Source: Nitrospirota bacterium
GTDB lineage: Bacteria > Nitrospirota > UBA9217
NCBI GenBank assembly: GCA_963737155.1
Contig: CAVTRN010000002.1
Location: 96,001 to 160,000 of the forward strand
Length of the DNA stretch: 64,000 nucleotides
Direction of reading: 5' to 3'
The translations under genes were made by a program, and so were the position numbers. Of this stretch, positions 44,083 through 54,272 are shown piece by piece. The notes under the pieces are model-generated. The model was given only the letters and a program-made list of their open reading frames with translations. It ran no database searches and was not told the DNA's origin. Numbering within the stretch: the stretch's first letter is position 1; every line of letters starts with the position of its first letter.

Positions 44083-44964
44083 ATGAAAACACTGGTCATA
44101 GGTGGAACAGGTATGGTAGGAAGTATGGTGGTAGCCGGCCTGCTGAAGCAGCGCGAGTCAGTACGGGTATTGAGTCATTCCCGGGATAAACTGGAAAAAC
44201 TGCCCAGCGGCGTGGAAGGGGCAAGGGCGGACCTTGATGATCCCCACTCGCTCGCTGCTGCATTTGACGGCATAGACAGAGTGTTTCTGCTGAATGCAGT
44301 CGGACCGAACGAGACCGATGAAGGACTCCTTGCCGTGTCTGCAGCAAAGGCAGCCAAGGTTAAGAAGATCGTCTATATGTCGGTCGCCATGCCGGAAGGG
44401 TCGGAAAGAATACCGCACTTCCGAAGCAAACTCCCGGTGGAGAAGGCCATCAAGGAGTCAGGGATCGCCTATACGATCCTTCGGCCAAACAACTTCTTCC
44501 AAAACGACCTGTGGTTGAAGTCCGCCATCATGCAGTACAGCCTTTATCCTCTGCCCATCGGTAAGAAAGGACTGAACCGGGTCGATGTGCGCGACATCGC
44601 CGACTGTGCGATTAACGCTCTTATGGAATCAGGACACGAGGGTCGGACGTATGAAATCCACGGATCCGATACCCTGACCGGCGAAGGGATCGCCAAGGCC
44701 TACACAAAGCATCTGGGACGTGAGATTCGCTATAGCGGGGAGGACCTCAATACCTGGGCAGAAAAATCAAAAGGCATGATGCCGGAGTTCCTGATTGCCG
44801 ATATGCGTATCATGTATCAGTTCTTCCAGGATAACGGAATGATCGCATCAAAGGATGACCTCGAAAAGACGGAGAAGCTTCTTGGACGCAAGCCTCGGAG
44901 CTTTGACGATTTCGTCAAGGAGACCACCTTGGAGTGGAAGAACAAGGTGGGAAAGGCCGCGTAA
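44083..44964 (+). CDS. NmrA-family NAD(P)H-binding protein
   Basis: GGTGMVG Rossmann motif, SGIAYTILRPN.F, VDVRDIA; GGAGG RBS before ATG 44083. Confidence 0.9.
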   Translation: MKTLVIGGTGMVGSMVVAGLLKQRESVRVLSHSRDKLEKLPSGVEGARADLDDPHSLAAAFDGIDRVFLLNAVGPNETDEGLLAVSAAKAAKVKKIVYMSVAMPEGSERIPHFRSKLPVEKAIKESGIAYTILRPNNFFQNDLWLKSAIMQYSLYPLPIGKKGLNRVDVRDIADCAINALMESGHEGRTYEIHGSDTLTGEGIAKAYTKHLGREIRYSGEDLNTWAEKSKGMMPEFLIADMRIMYQFFQDNGMIASKDDLEKTEKLLGRKPRSFDDFVKETTLEWKNKVGKAA

Positions 44965-44973
44965 AGAACACGA

Positions 44974-45008
44974 CGCCGGATGCTGCCTCGATGCATCCGG
45001 CATTTTAT
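44974..45008 (+). terminator. Rho-independent terminator
   Basis: GCCGGATGC-loop-GCATCCGGC followed by ATTTTATT. Confidence 0.65.
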
Positions 45009-45084
45009 TGACTCGTCTATCTAAACTCCCGCGAACATCCATTTCTGAACGTTCAGCCGTAACCGCTCTACGGGTACAGGCTAT

Positions 45085-45340
45085 CGAATACAGATTGTAA
45101 ATTTATGTGCTTCACAGAATGGGGAAACTCTAACTAGTAACAGGAAAAAGTCGCTTACAGAAAACTTTATCACAAAATGCAATGATACAAAATGAATATT
45201 GCACCCTCGCTAATATTATAGGAAACTCGACTTCACCTACAATCTTGCATTGCCAATGTTTTGACGATGGTAAAGAATTCTGTCTGTATCATGCAATCAA
45301 ATTTTTCCATTTTTAGATGAATCAAGTTTAGTCGACCCTA
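45085..45340 (+). repeat. CACCTAC-family repeat, full copy (core 45234-45240)
   Basis: AACTTTATCACAAAATGCAATGATACAAAATGAATATTGCACCCTCGCTAATATTATAGGAAACTCGACTTCACCTAC-AATCT-TGCATTGCCAATGTTTTGACGATGG. Confidence 0.9.
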
Positions 45341-45459
45341 CAACCTAAAAAAATACAGCTCTTAATCCGGGACAATAATTGGGTCAGTAAGCGCTGCTTA
45401 CTCGTAAGTGCTAACTATTGCCAGAAGTTCGATATCCTCTGGTTCCGCCATTGAGTGCC

Positions 45460-48400
45460 TCATACAAGCAAGGAATTCAATGTTATTTGCAGATCGATTA
45501 GATTATAGGGTTTCTTGAGGAAGGCCCGAAAGCCCTGATCTCGATAGTTCGACAGAGCCGCATCATCCGAGTAGCCGCTCGATACGACCGCTTTTACGTC
45601 GGGATCAATTTCCGATAGCTTTCTCAGGGTTTCTAATCCGCCCATCCCGCCCCGGATGGTCAGGTCCAGGATAACAACATCGTAGGGACGACCAGCTTCC
45701 CGTGCGGCCCGATAGGTTTCCAGCGCTGCTTCGCCTGTTTGTGCAAATGCGACATCATGACCTAATACGGTCAGTAATTCTCCCGCGACCTCTCTGATCA
45801 TCTCATCGTCATCCATAACTAGGATCCGGGCATTTCGTACCACTGTCGGTCTTGTCTGGCTTTTTGGTTCATCCACATTTATGCTAGACGCGGAAAGATA
45901 GATAAAGAAGGTGGTCCCTTTGCCGACCTCGGATTGTACGCGGATCAGACCTCCGTGGTTCTTGATGATGGCATAAGAGGTGGCGAGCCCCAGTCCGCTC
46001 CCTTTCTCTTTGGTCGTGAAATAAGGGTCGAATATCCTCGCCAGATGCTCGGGAGGGATTCCGGTGCCCTGGTCACGGATCGATATCTCCACGAAGTCGC
46101 CTTGCAGGTCGGTTGGCGGTACAATTGCTGTGGCGGGCATGTTCCTAGCCGATACCTCGATCATGCCACCGAGCGGCATCGCCTGGTCGGCGTTCAGCAC
46201 AATATTCTGTATCACTTGGCCAATCTGTCCCTCATCAGCTTCAACTGCACGGAGATTTTCATCAATAACTATTTCGTAGTTGACGCGAGACCCGCTTAGG
46301 GCGAATGCTATAGAGTTCTCGATCAACGGCCTGAGAGCAAAGACCTTCTTCGCAGGCTTTCCCCCCTTGGAAAAGGTAAGGAGTTGGGCAGTGAGGTTAA
46401 CTGATTGATGCAATGCCTTCTCTGCCTGTGTGAGCATGGCGAGCGACTTCTCCTTCTGATCGAAAGTGAGTTTGGCTATGGAGATGTATCCGAAAATACC
46501 CTGCAGGAGATTGTTGAAGTCATGCGCGATTCCGCCAGCGAGAGTGCCGATGGACTCGAGCTTCTGTGTCTTGAGCCTTTCCTCCTCAAGGATGCGTTGA
46601 TCTGTGATATCCCATAGGATTCCATTGATTTTTGATGGCTGTCCCTTGTCGTCGCGGACCAGCCTACCGCGGACCGTGATATAATGGACGCTTCCGTCAG
46701 GCCAGATAACTCGATACGACAGTTCGTAGGGTATATCCTGCTCAACGGTCCGAGCGAGCGCGGCCTTGATCTTCTCGTGATCTTCGGGATGCACTGTCAG
46801 CAAAATCTCCTCAAAAGTTCCGGTGAATTTTACTGGATCTATCCCCAGCAGTTGACAGGCCAGGTCGTCTAAATAGCGCTTGTTTTCCCTATAATCCCAG
46901 CGCCATACGCCCATATGTGCGGAGTGCAGCGCAAGATCGAGCCTTGCCTGGTTCTCGCGCTGTGCCTCCTCCGCTCGCTTCCGCTCGGTTATGTCGGTGT
47001 GCATACCGACGAGACGGACAACCTTGCCTTCCTTATTCTTAATAGAAAATGCCCGAAGATATATATCCCTTTCTTTCCTATCTTTATCTAACATTTTCAC
47101 TTCGCCAACAAAAGAACCACCCTTCATAATCATGTCGAACACTTTCCGACCTTCTTTTTCATCAGCATATACAGATGCTGGTGGCCCTGAAACTCCATCT
47201 ACTTCGTTAACAGATAGCCCAAACAACTTAGTAAAGGCCTCATTTTGGTAATAATGTCTTCCATCAGGCGTAGACATACCAATTGCATCTGTAGCGCTAC
47301 CCACCGCCATTTGGAAATAAAGCTGCGACTCCTCCGCCTGTTTGCGCTCGGTGATGTCGGTCGCAACATAGATGGCACTGTCTATTCGACCTTCGATCAT
47401 AACAGGCATGACCCGCACGATGTACTCACGGACAGTGCCGTCCGGCCCCGGTCCCGGTCCCGGTCCCGGTCCCATAATCTCATACTCTTGGCGCTGGCCC
47501 GAGGTAAAGACTATCTTGAGGGCGTGTCGCACGACGGAATGTTGCTCTTGGGGAACCCATGTGAGGACGCTTGTGCCGATGATCTGCTCTCTGGACAAGC
47601 CGGGTATCGGCCGGTTGATAAAAGTGATCGTCCCATCCCGGTCCACTTGCAGGATCGTATCAGGAACATTATTCATTACGGTCCTCAGCCGGCCCTCGCT
47701 CTCATGCAGCGCTGCCTCCATCTGCTTTCTCTCGGAAATATCTTGGATCACAGACTGGGAATGGATAACGTTGCCGTCAGCATCCCTTTCAGCTGTTGCC
47801 GAAAGAAGCACATCAATCACGTCCCCGTTCTTTTTTATAAACTGATAGGATACATCATTAACGATGCCGTCCCGGAAGAATACCGGCTGAACAACGTCCA
47901 GGGCATACTTTTTTGATGCCTCTGTGTAGAAATCCGTAACTTTTCTGCCGATCACCTCGTTTCGCGCATAGCCCATGGTTTTTAGCCAGTAGTCATTCAC
48001 ATCGACCAACCGTAAATCCCGGCCTACGGAATGCAGCAGGACGGGCGTCTCGTTATAGAGGCGCCGGTATTTTTCTTCGCTCTGCTTCAGGGTCAGTTCG
48101 AACCGTTTGCGTTCAGTGATGTCCTCAACGAACCCTTCAAGAAATTTGACTTCGCCGTTCTCGTCGGGCACCATCCGCATATAGAGATTGGCGACAAATG
48201 GCTCTCCGGTTCTTCGGTGATACTCAACTTCCTGGCAGACGATTTTTTTTGAGTTCAGTACCTCGCTGACGATTTTTTCCCGCTGTTCAGGATGGACAAA
48301 CTGTTTCGTGATATTCGTCGTTGCCGCCACCATTTCCTCCGGATTGGTGTAGCCGAACATCAGAGAGATCGTCGAATTGACGTATATAAGGCGACCGTCA

Positions 48401-48792
48401 GGCGTGGACTGATAAATGCCAAGCGGTGCATTGTTAAAAATATTTCTATATTTTTCCTCGGAGACTTGAAGCGACTGTACTATTTGCGTGTAATTTAAAT
48501 ATTGAAGAGCAGCAAACCAAAAAAGAGGAACTCCCATCAAACAATTAAATAATCCGTATTTGAATGCCAAGCCTGGAGGTGAGGATATGAGGCCTACAAA
48601 CATAAGAATTGTGCAAGCAGACGTCACTATAATGATATTACGCCTATTTGATGTCCCACAGATCAATAAAATCGGGATAAGATAAAGCAACCATGCAATG
48701 AATCCTACAGGCGTGATTATGTCGATAATAAAGATGCCTGCTATGAGTAAAACAATTATAACGTGTTGAACTTTCCGAGAAAAATAGCTCAT
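45460..48792 (-). CDS. Membrane-anchored multi-PAS hybrid histidine kinase / response regulator
   Basis: N-terminal TM helices, five PAS units, GGIAHDFNNLL, HATPase, receiver. Confidence 0.92.
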   Translation of the reverse strand: MSYFSRKVQHVIIVLLIAGIFIIDIITPVGFIAWLLYLIPILLICGTSNRRNIIIVTSACTILMFVGLISSPPGLAFKYGLFNCLMGVPLFWFAALQYLNYTQIVQSLQVSEEKYRNIFNNAPLGIYQSTPDGRLIYVNSTISLMFGYTNPEEMVAATTNITKQFVHPEQREKIVSEVLNSKKIVCQEVEYHRRTGEPFVANLYMRMVPDENGEVKFLEGFVEDITERKRFELTLKQSEEKYRRLYNETPVLLHSVGRDLRLVDVNDYWLKTMGYARNEVIGRKVTDFYTEASKKYALDVVQPVFFRDGIVNDVSYQFIKKNGDVIDVLLSATAERDADGNVIHSQSVIQDISERKQMEAALHESEGRLRTVMNNVPDTILQVDRDGTITFINRPIPGLSREQIIGTSVLTWVPQEQHSVVRHALKIVFTSGQRQEYEIMGPGPGPGPGPDGTVREYIVRVMPVMIEGRIDSAIYVATDITERKQAEESQLYFQMAVGSATDAIGMSTPDGRHYYQNEAFTKLFGLSVNEVDGVSGPPASVYADEKEGRKVFDMIMKGGSFVGEVKMLDKDRKERDIYLRAFSIKNKEGKVVRLVGMHTDITERKRAEEAQRENQARLDLALHSAHMGVWRWDYRENKRYLDDLACQLLGIDPVKFTGTFEEILLTVHPEDHEKIKAALARTVEQDIPYELSYRVIWPDGSVHYITVRGRLVRDDKGQPSKINGILWDITDQRILEEERLKTQKLESIGTLAGGIAHDFNNLLQGIFGYISIAKLTFDQKEKSLAMLTQAEKALHQSVNLTAQLLTFSKGGKPAKKVFALRPLIENSIAFALSGSRVNYEIVIDENLRAVEADEGQIGQVIQNIVLNADQAMPLGGMIEVSARNMPATAIVPPTDLQGDFVEISIRDQGTGIPPEHLARIFDPYFTTKEKGSGLGLATSYAIIKNHGGLIRVQSEVGKGTTFFIYLSASSINVDEPKSQTRPTVVRNARILVMDDDEMIREVAGELLTVLGHDVAFAQTGEAALETYRAAREAGRPYDVVILDLTIRGGMGGLETLRKLSEIDPDVKAVVSSGYSDDAALSNYRDQGFRAFLKKPYNLIDLQITLNSLLV

Positions 48793-49112
48793 AAACTAAT
48801 CCTCTATTGTTCAAGTAGGCAATATTCTAGCCGCTCTATTCCTTTACTCAGACCCAAGCCTGATGCTTAGTTTAGCTGAAACAAAAAAAGAGCTTAATTG
48901 TTATGTCGAATATATGCCGGATTCACGGTGATGTCAACGTTGTCGAATTAGTTTTTCAAATGGGTTATATATTGGTAGGTAGATGTTAACGAATACATCT
49001 TCTAAATTTAAGTGATCCAGAGAATGGCAATATCCACATATACATATGCACATCGTACTAAATACTACAATCGATATTCTTCAAGTCAATAAAATTGAAA
49101 TCTCTGTGAGCT

Positions 49113-50507
49113 GCACCTCCCATGAAGAGGTTTGTCAAGTGCCGCCCTTGAATTTTATGTTAAATTCTACTATTGCAGTATGTTTTGTGAAACCGCATCA
49201 GTCTCGCCAAGTGGTTCGGTTATTTATAAGGGAATCAGCCATCCTCCCATTCGAGCTCACCCTTCAGGTGTCTCACCTTATTGATGCTGATGGCACGCCC
49301 ATTCTACAAGCCGGTTTTTTCAACCAAGGTGTATGCGCGGGGCTGTGCCAAACCGTTGATTCCTATATATCCCGGTTCATCTTTGTGAGAGCTGATCTTC
49401 TTGATGCTTCCCTCCTCGCGTTGTGTTAACTCGTCCGCAACAAACTTGCATCATAAGGTTTCCGATCACGAAGCACGTAAAAGATAATCTCTGTCAACTT
49501 TCTTGCCAATGCGACCACTGCAGTTTTGTTGCCTCTTCTCCTGGCTATACGTTCATACCACTTCCTCAATGGTTTGCTTTCACTGTTTGTACTCCGTAGT
49601 ATTGCATGTGCACTCTGAACTGCAACATGTCTGATTTCGCTTCGTCCCTCGCGGGTTATATGGCCATAATCAGCTCGCTCTCCGCTACTAAACACACTTG
49701 GCACAAGACCGCAATAACTCGTTAACTGCTTTGCCCGCTTGAATCGCTTTATGGTCGAGATCGCGGCATAATAGGTCTTGGAGGATACCTCGCCGATTCC
49801 GGGCACGCTCTTCATTAAATCAACATCCTTATTATCGTAGTCCGCAATCACGTCATCCAGTGCCTCTTTTTGTTTTTGAAGTTCAGCTATTTTTTTTCCA
49901 TAGCCCTCAATGATTGGACTTAGGTGTTTGGGAATGCTTTTATTCTCCTGGAGCCTTGTAAAGATCGATTCATCATCAAATGCTTTTTTCTTAAGCTTTA
50001 TTCCTTCCTGTCGCAGCATACCCCGCAGATGGTTCTTAAGGCATGTTGAACTCTTAAAAAGTTGATGTCGAGATCGTAACAAATCGCGTAACTCTCGACT
50101 ATCTCCTTCTGCCACATATACTCTTTCAGGTAATTCATCTATCCGTAATAACTTCGCAAGAAACATCGCATCTACCTTGTCGGTCTATTTCTTGTTCTTG
50201 GCGATTAGCTTTACCTTGTTGGGATTAACGATATAAACGTTTATCCCCAGCTTCTTGAGTGTATCGTGTATCCAACGGCTATGGCCGCCTGCCTCAACCG
50301 CAACCTTTACGGGCTTATTTATCCACTTTATGAAGTACTGTCTATAGCGATCCTTATCTGTAGGGATCCCTAAGCTCTCAACCTTTTTTCCTTTATCATC
50401 GGTGACGTACACATAACTGCTTTTCTCAGATACATCGCATCCAATGTAAAACATGGTGACTGCCTCCTTACTGTGATATTTATTTTCTCTAATCACAGAG
50501 TAGCACC
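49113..50507 (-). mobile_element. IS110-family element with a long 3' non-coding end
   Basis: Transposase plus about 310 bp of downstream non-coding DNA ending CTTGACAAACCTCTTCATGGGAGGTGC; shared GCACC at 49113-49117 and 50503-50507. Ends are inferred. Confidence 0.7.
49426..50454 (-). pseudogene. IS110 DEDD transposase with one nonsense codon
   Basis: YIGCDVSE, VAVEAG, KNKK*TDKVDA (TAG at 50185-50187), SVPGIG, YCGLVPSVFSSG, VALARKL. Confidence 0.9.
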
Positions 50508-50949
50508 GAATATTTGTTTTTTCTCCTTTCTTCATAATATCTACAAGTGTGTAGTTCTCATTGATTGAAACAATCAACAAATTCAGGTTCAAAATTTCTG
50601 CAGTATGTAGTCAGTCTGCTTACGACGAGGATGCGCTTGACATTATCCATTGTTTCCTCCTACGGTGCAGTTTGCACAGAGAGATGCTCTCTTTTTCACT
50701 TTTATATTGCAGCACAGTGCTGATCATTTCCCTTCACAGGAACCGCAAGAGAGGGCTTATGCCACTCTGCACGCCACACGATGCAGGTTGATCGTGTATC
50801 GGGTACGGTCGTCCCATGTGTCCAGTGGGTATATAATGTCCGCAGTAATAAGATGAGAACTTACAGTAACTATAACTATGCGGTGATATGCTATATTTTA
50901 AACGTACATGGAGTGACCGAATACGAAGATAATACTATAGTCATTAAAC

Positions 50950-51255
50950 AATAAAGTGATGATCATCCCAAGGGGAATGGCCATGGGTGTCACCCAACTC
51001 CTGCCCGAAGAGGACGGACCGGCACTATTATCCCCCCTACGTATTTTTTTATGAACAAACTGAGCATCGCGCTCGGCGGCAGGTGCGCCGAGAAGATCGT
51101 ATTCAACGATGTGAGCAGCGGCGCTCAGAGCGATCTTAAGGAAGTAACATCACTGGTAGAAAAAATGGTGTCCCAGTGGGGCATGAGCGATAAGGTTGGG
51201 CCGGTGAACTTCGGGAGAGGGGAAGAGTACCCATTCCTTGGAAGGGAGCTTGCGC
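50950..51255 (+). pseudogene. ftsH: FtsH peptidase M41 domain fragment
   Basis: KVMIIPRGMAMGVTQLLPEED ... LGGRCAE..VF...SSGAQSDL...MV.QWGMS.KVGP...PFLGRE; frameshifted, no AAA domain. Confidence 0.85.
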
Positions 51256-51498
51256 TCTGGCGTGGAGCATCCCGGCACGTACCGAGGTCTAATGGAAAAG
51301 ATCCCCTATTTCAAAGAACTGGGGGGTGACGGCTGTGGAGCTGATGCCCGTGCAGGAATTCAATGAACACCAGGTGACAGGCATTAATGCGCAAACAGGC
51401 CATCCACTCGGAAATACAGGGGTTACGATCCCGTGGCCTTCTAAGTATCCTGCAACTCATGAAACCTGTGGCATGGCAAGACAGAAAGGATCCCCATT

Positions 51499-54111
51499 AT
51501 GAAATCCAATGCCGACCAGCCCGAAGCTCCAGAATCTAAGCCCAATGTGAAGGACGATCTAAAATCCCTTCCCATGCAGGAATTGCAGGCAAAATTGAGG
51601 TCGTCGCCGGATGGCCTCAGTCAAGCTGAGGCGCAGAAACGGCTGACTAAATATGGGCCTAACGAGATTGAAGATAAGAAAACCAATCCGTTCCTGAAAT
51701 TCCTTACCTATTTTTGGGGTCCTATCCCGTGGATGATCGAAGCGGCCGTGATCCTTTCGGCGGTAGACCGGCATTGGCCGGACTTTGCCATCATCCTCCT
51801 TCTACTTCTGGCCAACGCCATGGTCGGATTCTGGGAAGAACACCAGGCGGGCAATGCCATCGCCGCGCTGAAGGCCAAGCTGGCGATCAAGGCCCGGGTG
51901 AAACGAGATGGGAAGTGGATCAACCCGGCGGCGCGTGAGTTAGTGCCGGGCGACGTCATCCGCGTGCGTTTGGGCGACATCGTGCCGGCAGACGCGCGCT
52001 TGCTGGAGGGCGACCCGATAGAGGTAGATCAGTCATCGCTGACGGGAGAGTCGTTGCCTGCTACGCGAAAACCTGGCGAGTCTGTGTTTTCAGGTTCGAT
52101 TATCCGCTTGGGCGAAATCGGCGCGCTCGTGTACGCCACGGGCCAAAACACCTACTTCGGCAAGACTGCGCAACTGGTGCAGGAGGCGCACACAGTCAGC
52201 CATTTCCAACGCGCGGTGTTGAAGATCGGCAATTACTTGATCATCCTCGCAGTGACCTTGGTGGTGTTGATTCTGGGCGTCGCGCTATTCCGCGGTGACC
52301 GGATGCTCACCACGCTTCAGTTCGCATTGGTGTTGACGGTGGCCGCGATTCCCGTGGCAATGCCCACGGTGCTGTCCGTGACTATGGCGGTCGGTGCGCG
52401 CCTGCTGGCCAAAAAAGAGGCGATTGTGACCCGGTTGGCGGCCATCGAGGAATTGGCGGGCGTGGACATGCTGTGCGCGGACAAAACCGGCACCCTGACC
52501 CAGAACAAGCTGACGCTGGACGACCCGTTCAGCGTCAGCGGCATCCCTGCCGATCAAGTAATCCTCAACGCTGCGCTGGCGTCGCGCGCGGACAATAAGG
52601 ACACGATTGACCTAGCCGTGCTGGGCGGCCTGAAAAATGATCAGGCATTGAAAGGCTACGAGGTGGTTCACTTCCAGCCGTTTGACCCGGTGCATAAGCG
52701 CACCGAAGCCACCGTTAAGGGCACGGACGGAAGGGAATTCAGGGTGACTAAAGGCGCGCCGCAGGTGATCTTGGCGTTGTCGGCCAATGCAGGGCAGGTC
52801 AAGCCCGCCATTGAGAAAGCCGTCAACGAATTTGCGGCGCGCGGCTTCCGCTCGTTGGGTGTGGCTCGGGCGGACGCGCAAGGTCCATGGCAGTTTCTGG
52901 GCGTGTTGCCCCTGTTCGACCCGCCCCGGGGAGAAGCCAAAGCGACCATCGCGAGTGCCTGGCAGATGGGCGTGAACGTCAAGATGGTTACGGGCGATCA
53001 ACTGGCCATTGCCCAGGAAACCGCCAAAAAATTAGGGATGGGCACAAATATCCTCGATGCCAGCGGCTTCGGAGACACGAAGCATCACGAGATGGCACAG
53101 TTGGCAGAGTCTATCGAAAAAGCGGACGGGTTCGCCCAGGTGTTCCCCGAACACAAGTTCCACATTGTGGATATCCTTCAGCAACGCGGCCACATCGTCG
53201 GCATGACAGGCGACGGGGTGAACGATGCCCCCGCGCTGAAGAAGGCCGACTGCGGCATCGCCGTTTCGGGCGCGACGGACGCGGCACGCGCGGCAGCGTC
53301 CATCGTGCTTTTGACGCCCGGCTTATCGGTGATTATTGACGCGATTAAGGAGAGCCGGAAAATCTTTCAGCGGATGAACAGCTATGCTATATACCGCATC
53401 GCCGAAACACTGCGCGTGCTGTTCTTCATGACGCTGGCGATTCTGATCTTTAACTTTTATCCATTGACGGCGGTGATGATCGTGATCCTGGCGTTGCTCA
53501 ACGACGGAGCAATCCTGTCTATCGCGTATGACAACGTTCATTACAAGAATAAGCCCGAGGCATGGAGCATGCGCATGGTACTGGGGGTCGCCACGGTGCT
53601 GGGCGTTGTCGGGGTCGTCTCCGCCTTCGGCTTATTTTATCTCGCTGAGCGCGTTTTTCATCTCGACCGTGCGCACATCCAGACACTGATGTATTTGAAG
53701 CTGTCCGTGGCGGGACATCTAACGATTTTTCTGACGCGCACACGCGGCCCGTTCTGGTCTATACGCCCTGCGCGGATTTTGCTGCTGGCGGTGTTCGGTA
53801 CTCAAGTGGTAGCGACTCTGATCGCGGTTTATGGGTTGTTTATGACGCCACTCGGCTGGGGCTGGGCCCTGTTCGTTTGGGGCTATGCACTGGTGTGGTT
53901 CCTCGTGAATGACCGTGTGAAACTAGTTACGTATCGTGCGTTCGATCCAACTGCCGCGCCCTTATTGGCCAAGAACCCGGTCGATGTGAATTCGCAGATC
54001 GCCAAGCGTGCTTATGAACTGTACGAGCAGCGAGGCCGCCAGGACGGTCGAGCAGTTCAGGACTGGCGGGAGGCGGAGCAGGAGATTCGGAAAGAAGAAC
54101 CCCATAAATAA
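51499..54111 (+). CDS. Plasma-membrane proton-efflux P-type ATPase (P3A) with C-terminal DUF2934-like tail
   Basis: TGES, AIPVAMP, DKTGTLT, KGAPQ, GDGVNDAPALK; tail IAKRAYELYEQRGR..G...DW.EAE. Confidence 0.93.
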   Translation: MKSNADQPEAPESKPNVKDDLKSLPMQELQAKLRSSPDGLSQAEAQKRLTKYGPNEIEDKKTNPFLKFLTYFWGPIPWMIEAAVILSAVDRHWPDFAIILLLLLANAMVGFWEEHQAGNAIAALKAKLAIKARVKRDGKWINPAARELVPGDVIRVRLGDIVPADARLLEGDPIEVDQSSLTGESLPATRKPGESVFSGSIIRLGEIGALVYATGQNTYFGKTAQLVQEAHTVSHFQRAVLKIGNYLIILAVTLVVLILGVALFRGDRMLTTLQFALVLTVAAIPVAMPTVLSVTMAVGARLLAKKEAIVTRLAAIEELAGVDMLCADKTGTLTQNKLTLDDPFSVSGIPADQVILNAALASRADNKDTIDLAVLGGLKNDQALKGYEVVHFQPFDPVHKRTEATVKGTDGREFRVTKGAPQVILALSANAGQVKPAIEKAVNEFAARGFRSLGVARADAQGPWQFLGVLPLFDPPRGEAKATIASAWQMGVNVKMVTGDQLAIAQETAKKLGMGTNILDASGFGDTKHHEMAQLAESIEKADGFAQVFPEHKFHIVDILQQRGHIVGMTGDGVNDAPALKKADCGIAVSGATDAARAAASIVLLTPGLSVIIDAIKESRKIFQRMNSYAIYRIAETLRVLFFMTLAILIFNFYPLTAVMIVILALLNDGAILSIAYDNVHYKNKPEAWSMRMVLGVATVLGVVGVVSAFGLFYLAERVFHLDRAHIQTLMYLKLSVAGHLTIFLTRTRGPFWSIRPARILLLAVFGTQVVATLIAVYGLFMTPLGWGWALFVWGYALVWFLVNDRVKLVTYRAFDPTAAPLLAKNPVDVNSQIAKRAYELYEQRGRQDGRAVQDWREAEQEIRKEEPHK

Positions 54112-54233
54112 GCAGACGCGAACCGCGCGAAAGGAGGAGAACGTCTCGGGGATTGTATGTATAATAGCACAGAATATGGTGGCTTAAAGTATCAGCTTTG
54201 TATTGACAGAATGCATCTGAATTATGAAGGTAA

Positions 54234-54272
54234 ATATGACAGTCGGATGATTTCCGACTGTCATATTTTTTT
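54234..54272 (+). terminator. Rho-independent terminator
   Basis: ATATGACAGTCGGA-loop-TCCGACTGTCATAT followed by a T run. Confidence 0.75.

Noticed and set aside
5865-45340. CRISPR array or group II intron interpretation of the CACCTAC repeats
   Set aside because: Spacing is kilobases and irregular with genes in between. There is no cas1/cas2, no domain V motif and no reverse transcriptase.
49138-49165. TTATGTTAAAT, identical to the dif XerD arm
   Set aside because: No XerC arm, and it lies inside the IS110 end.
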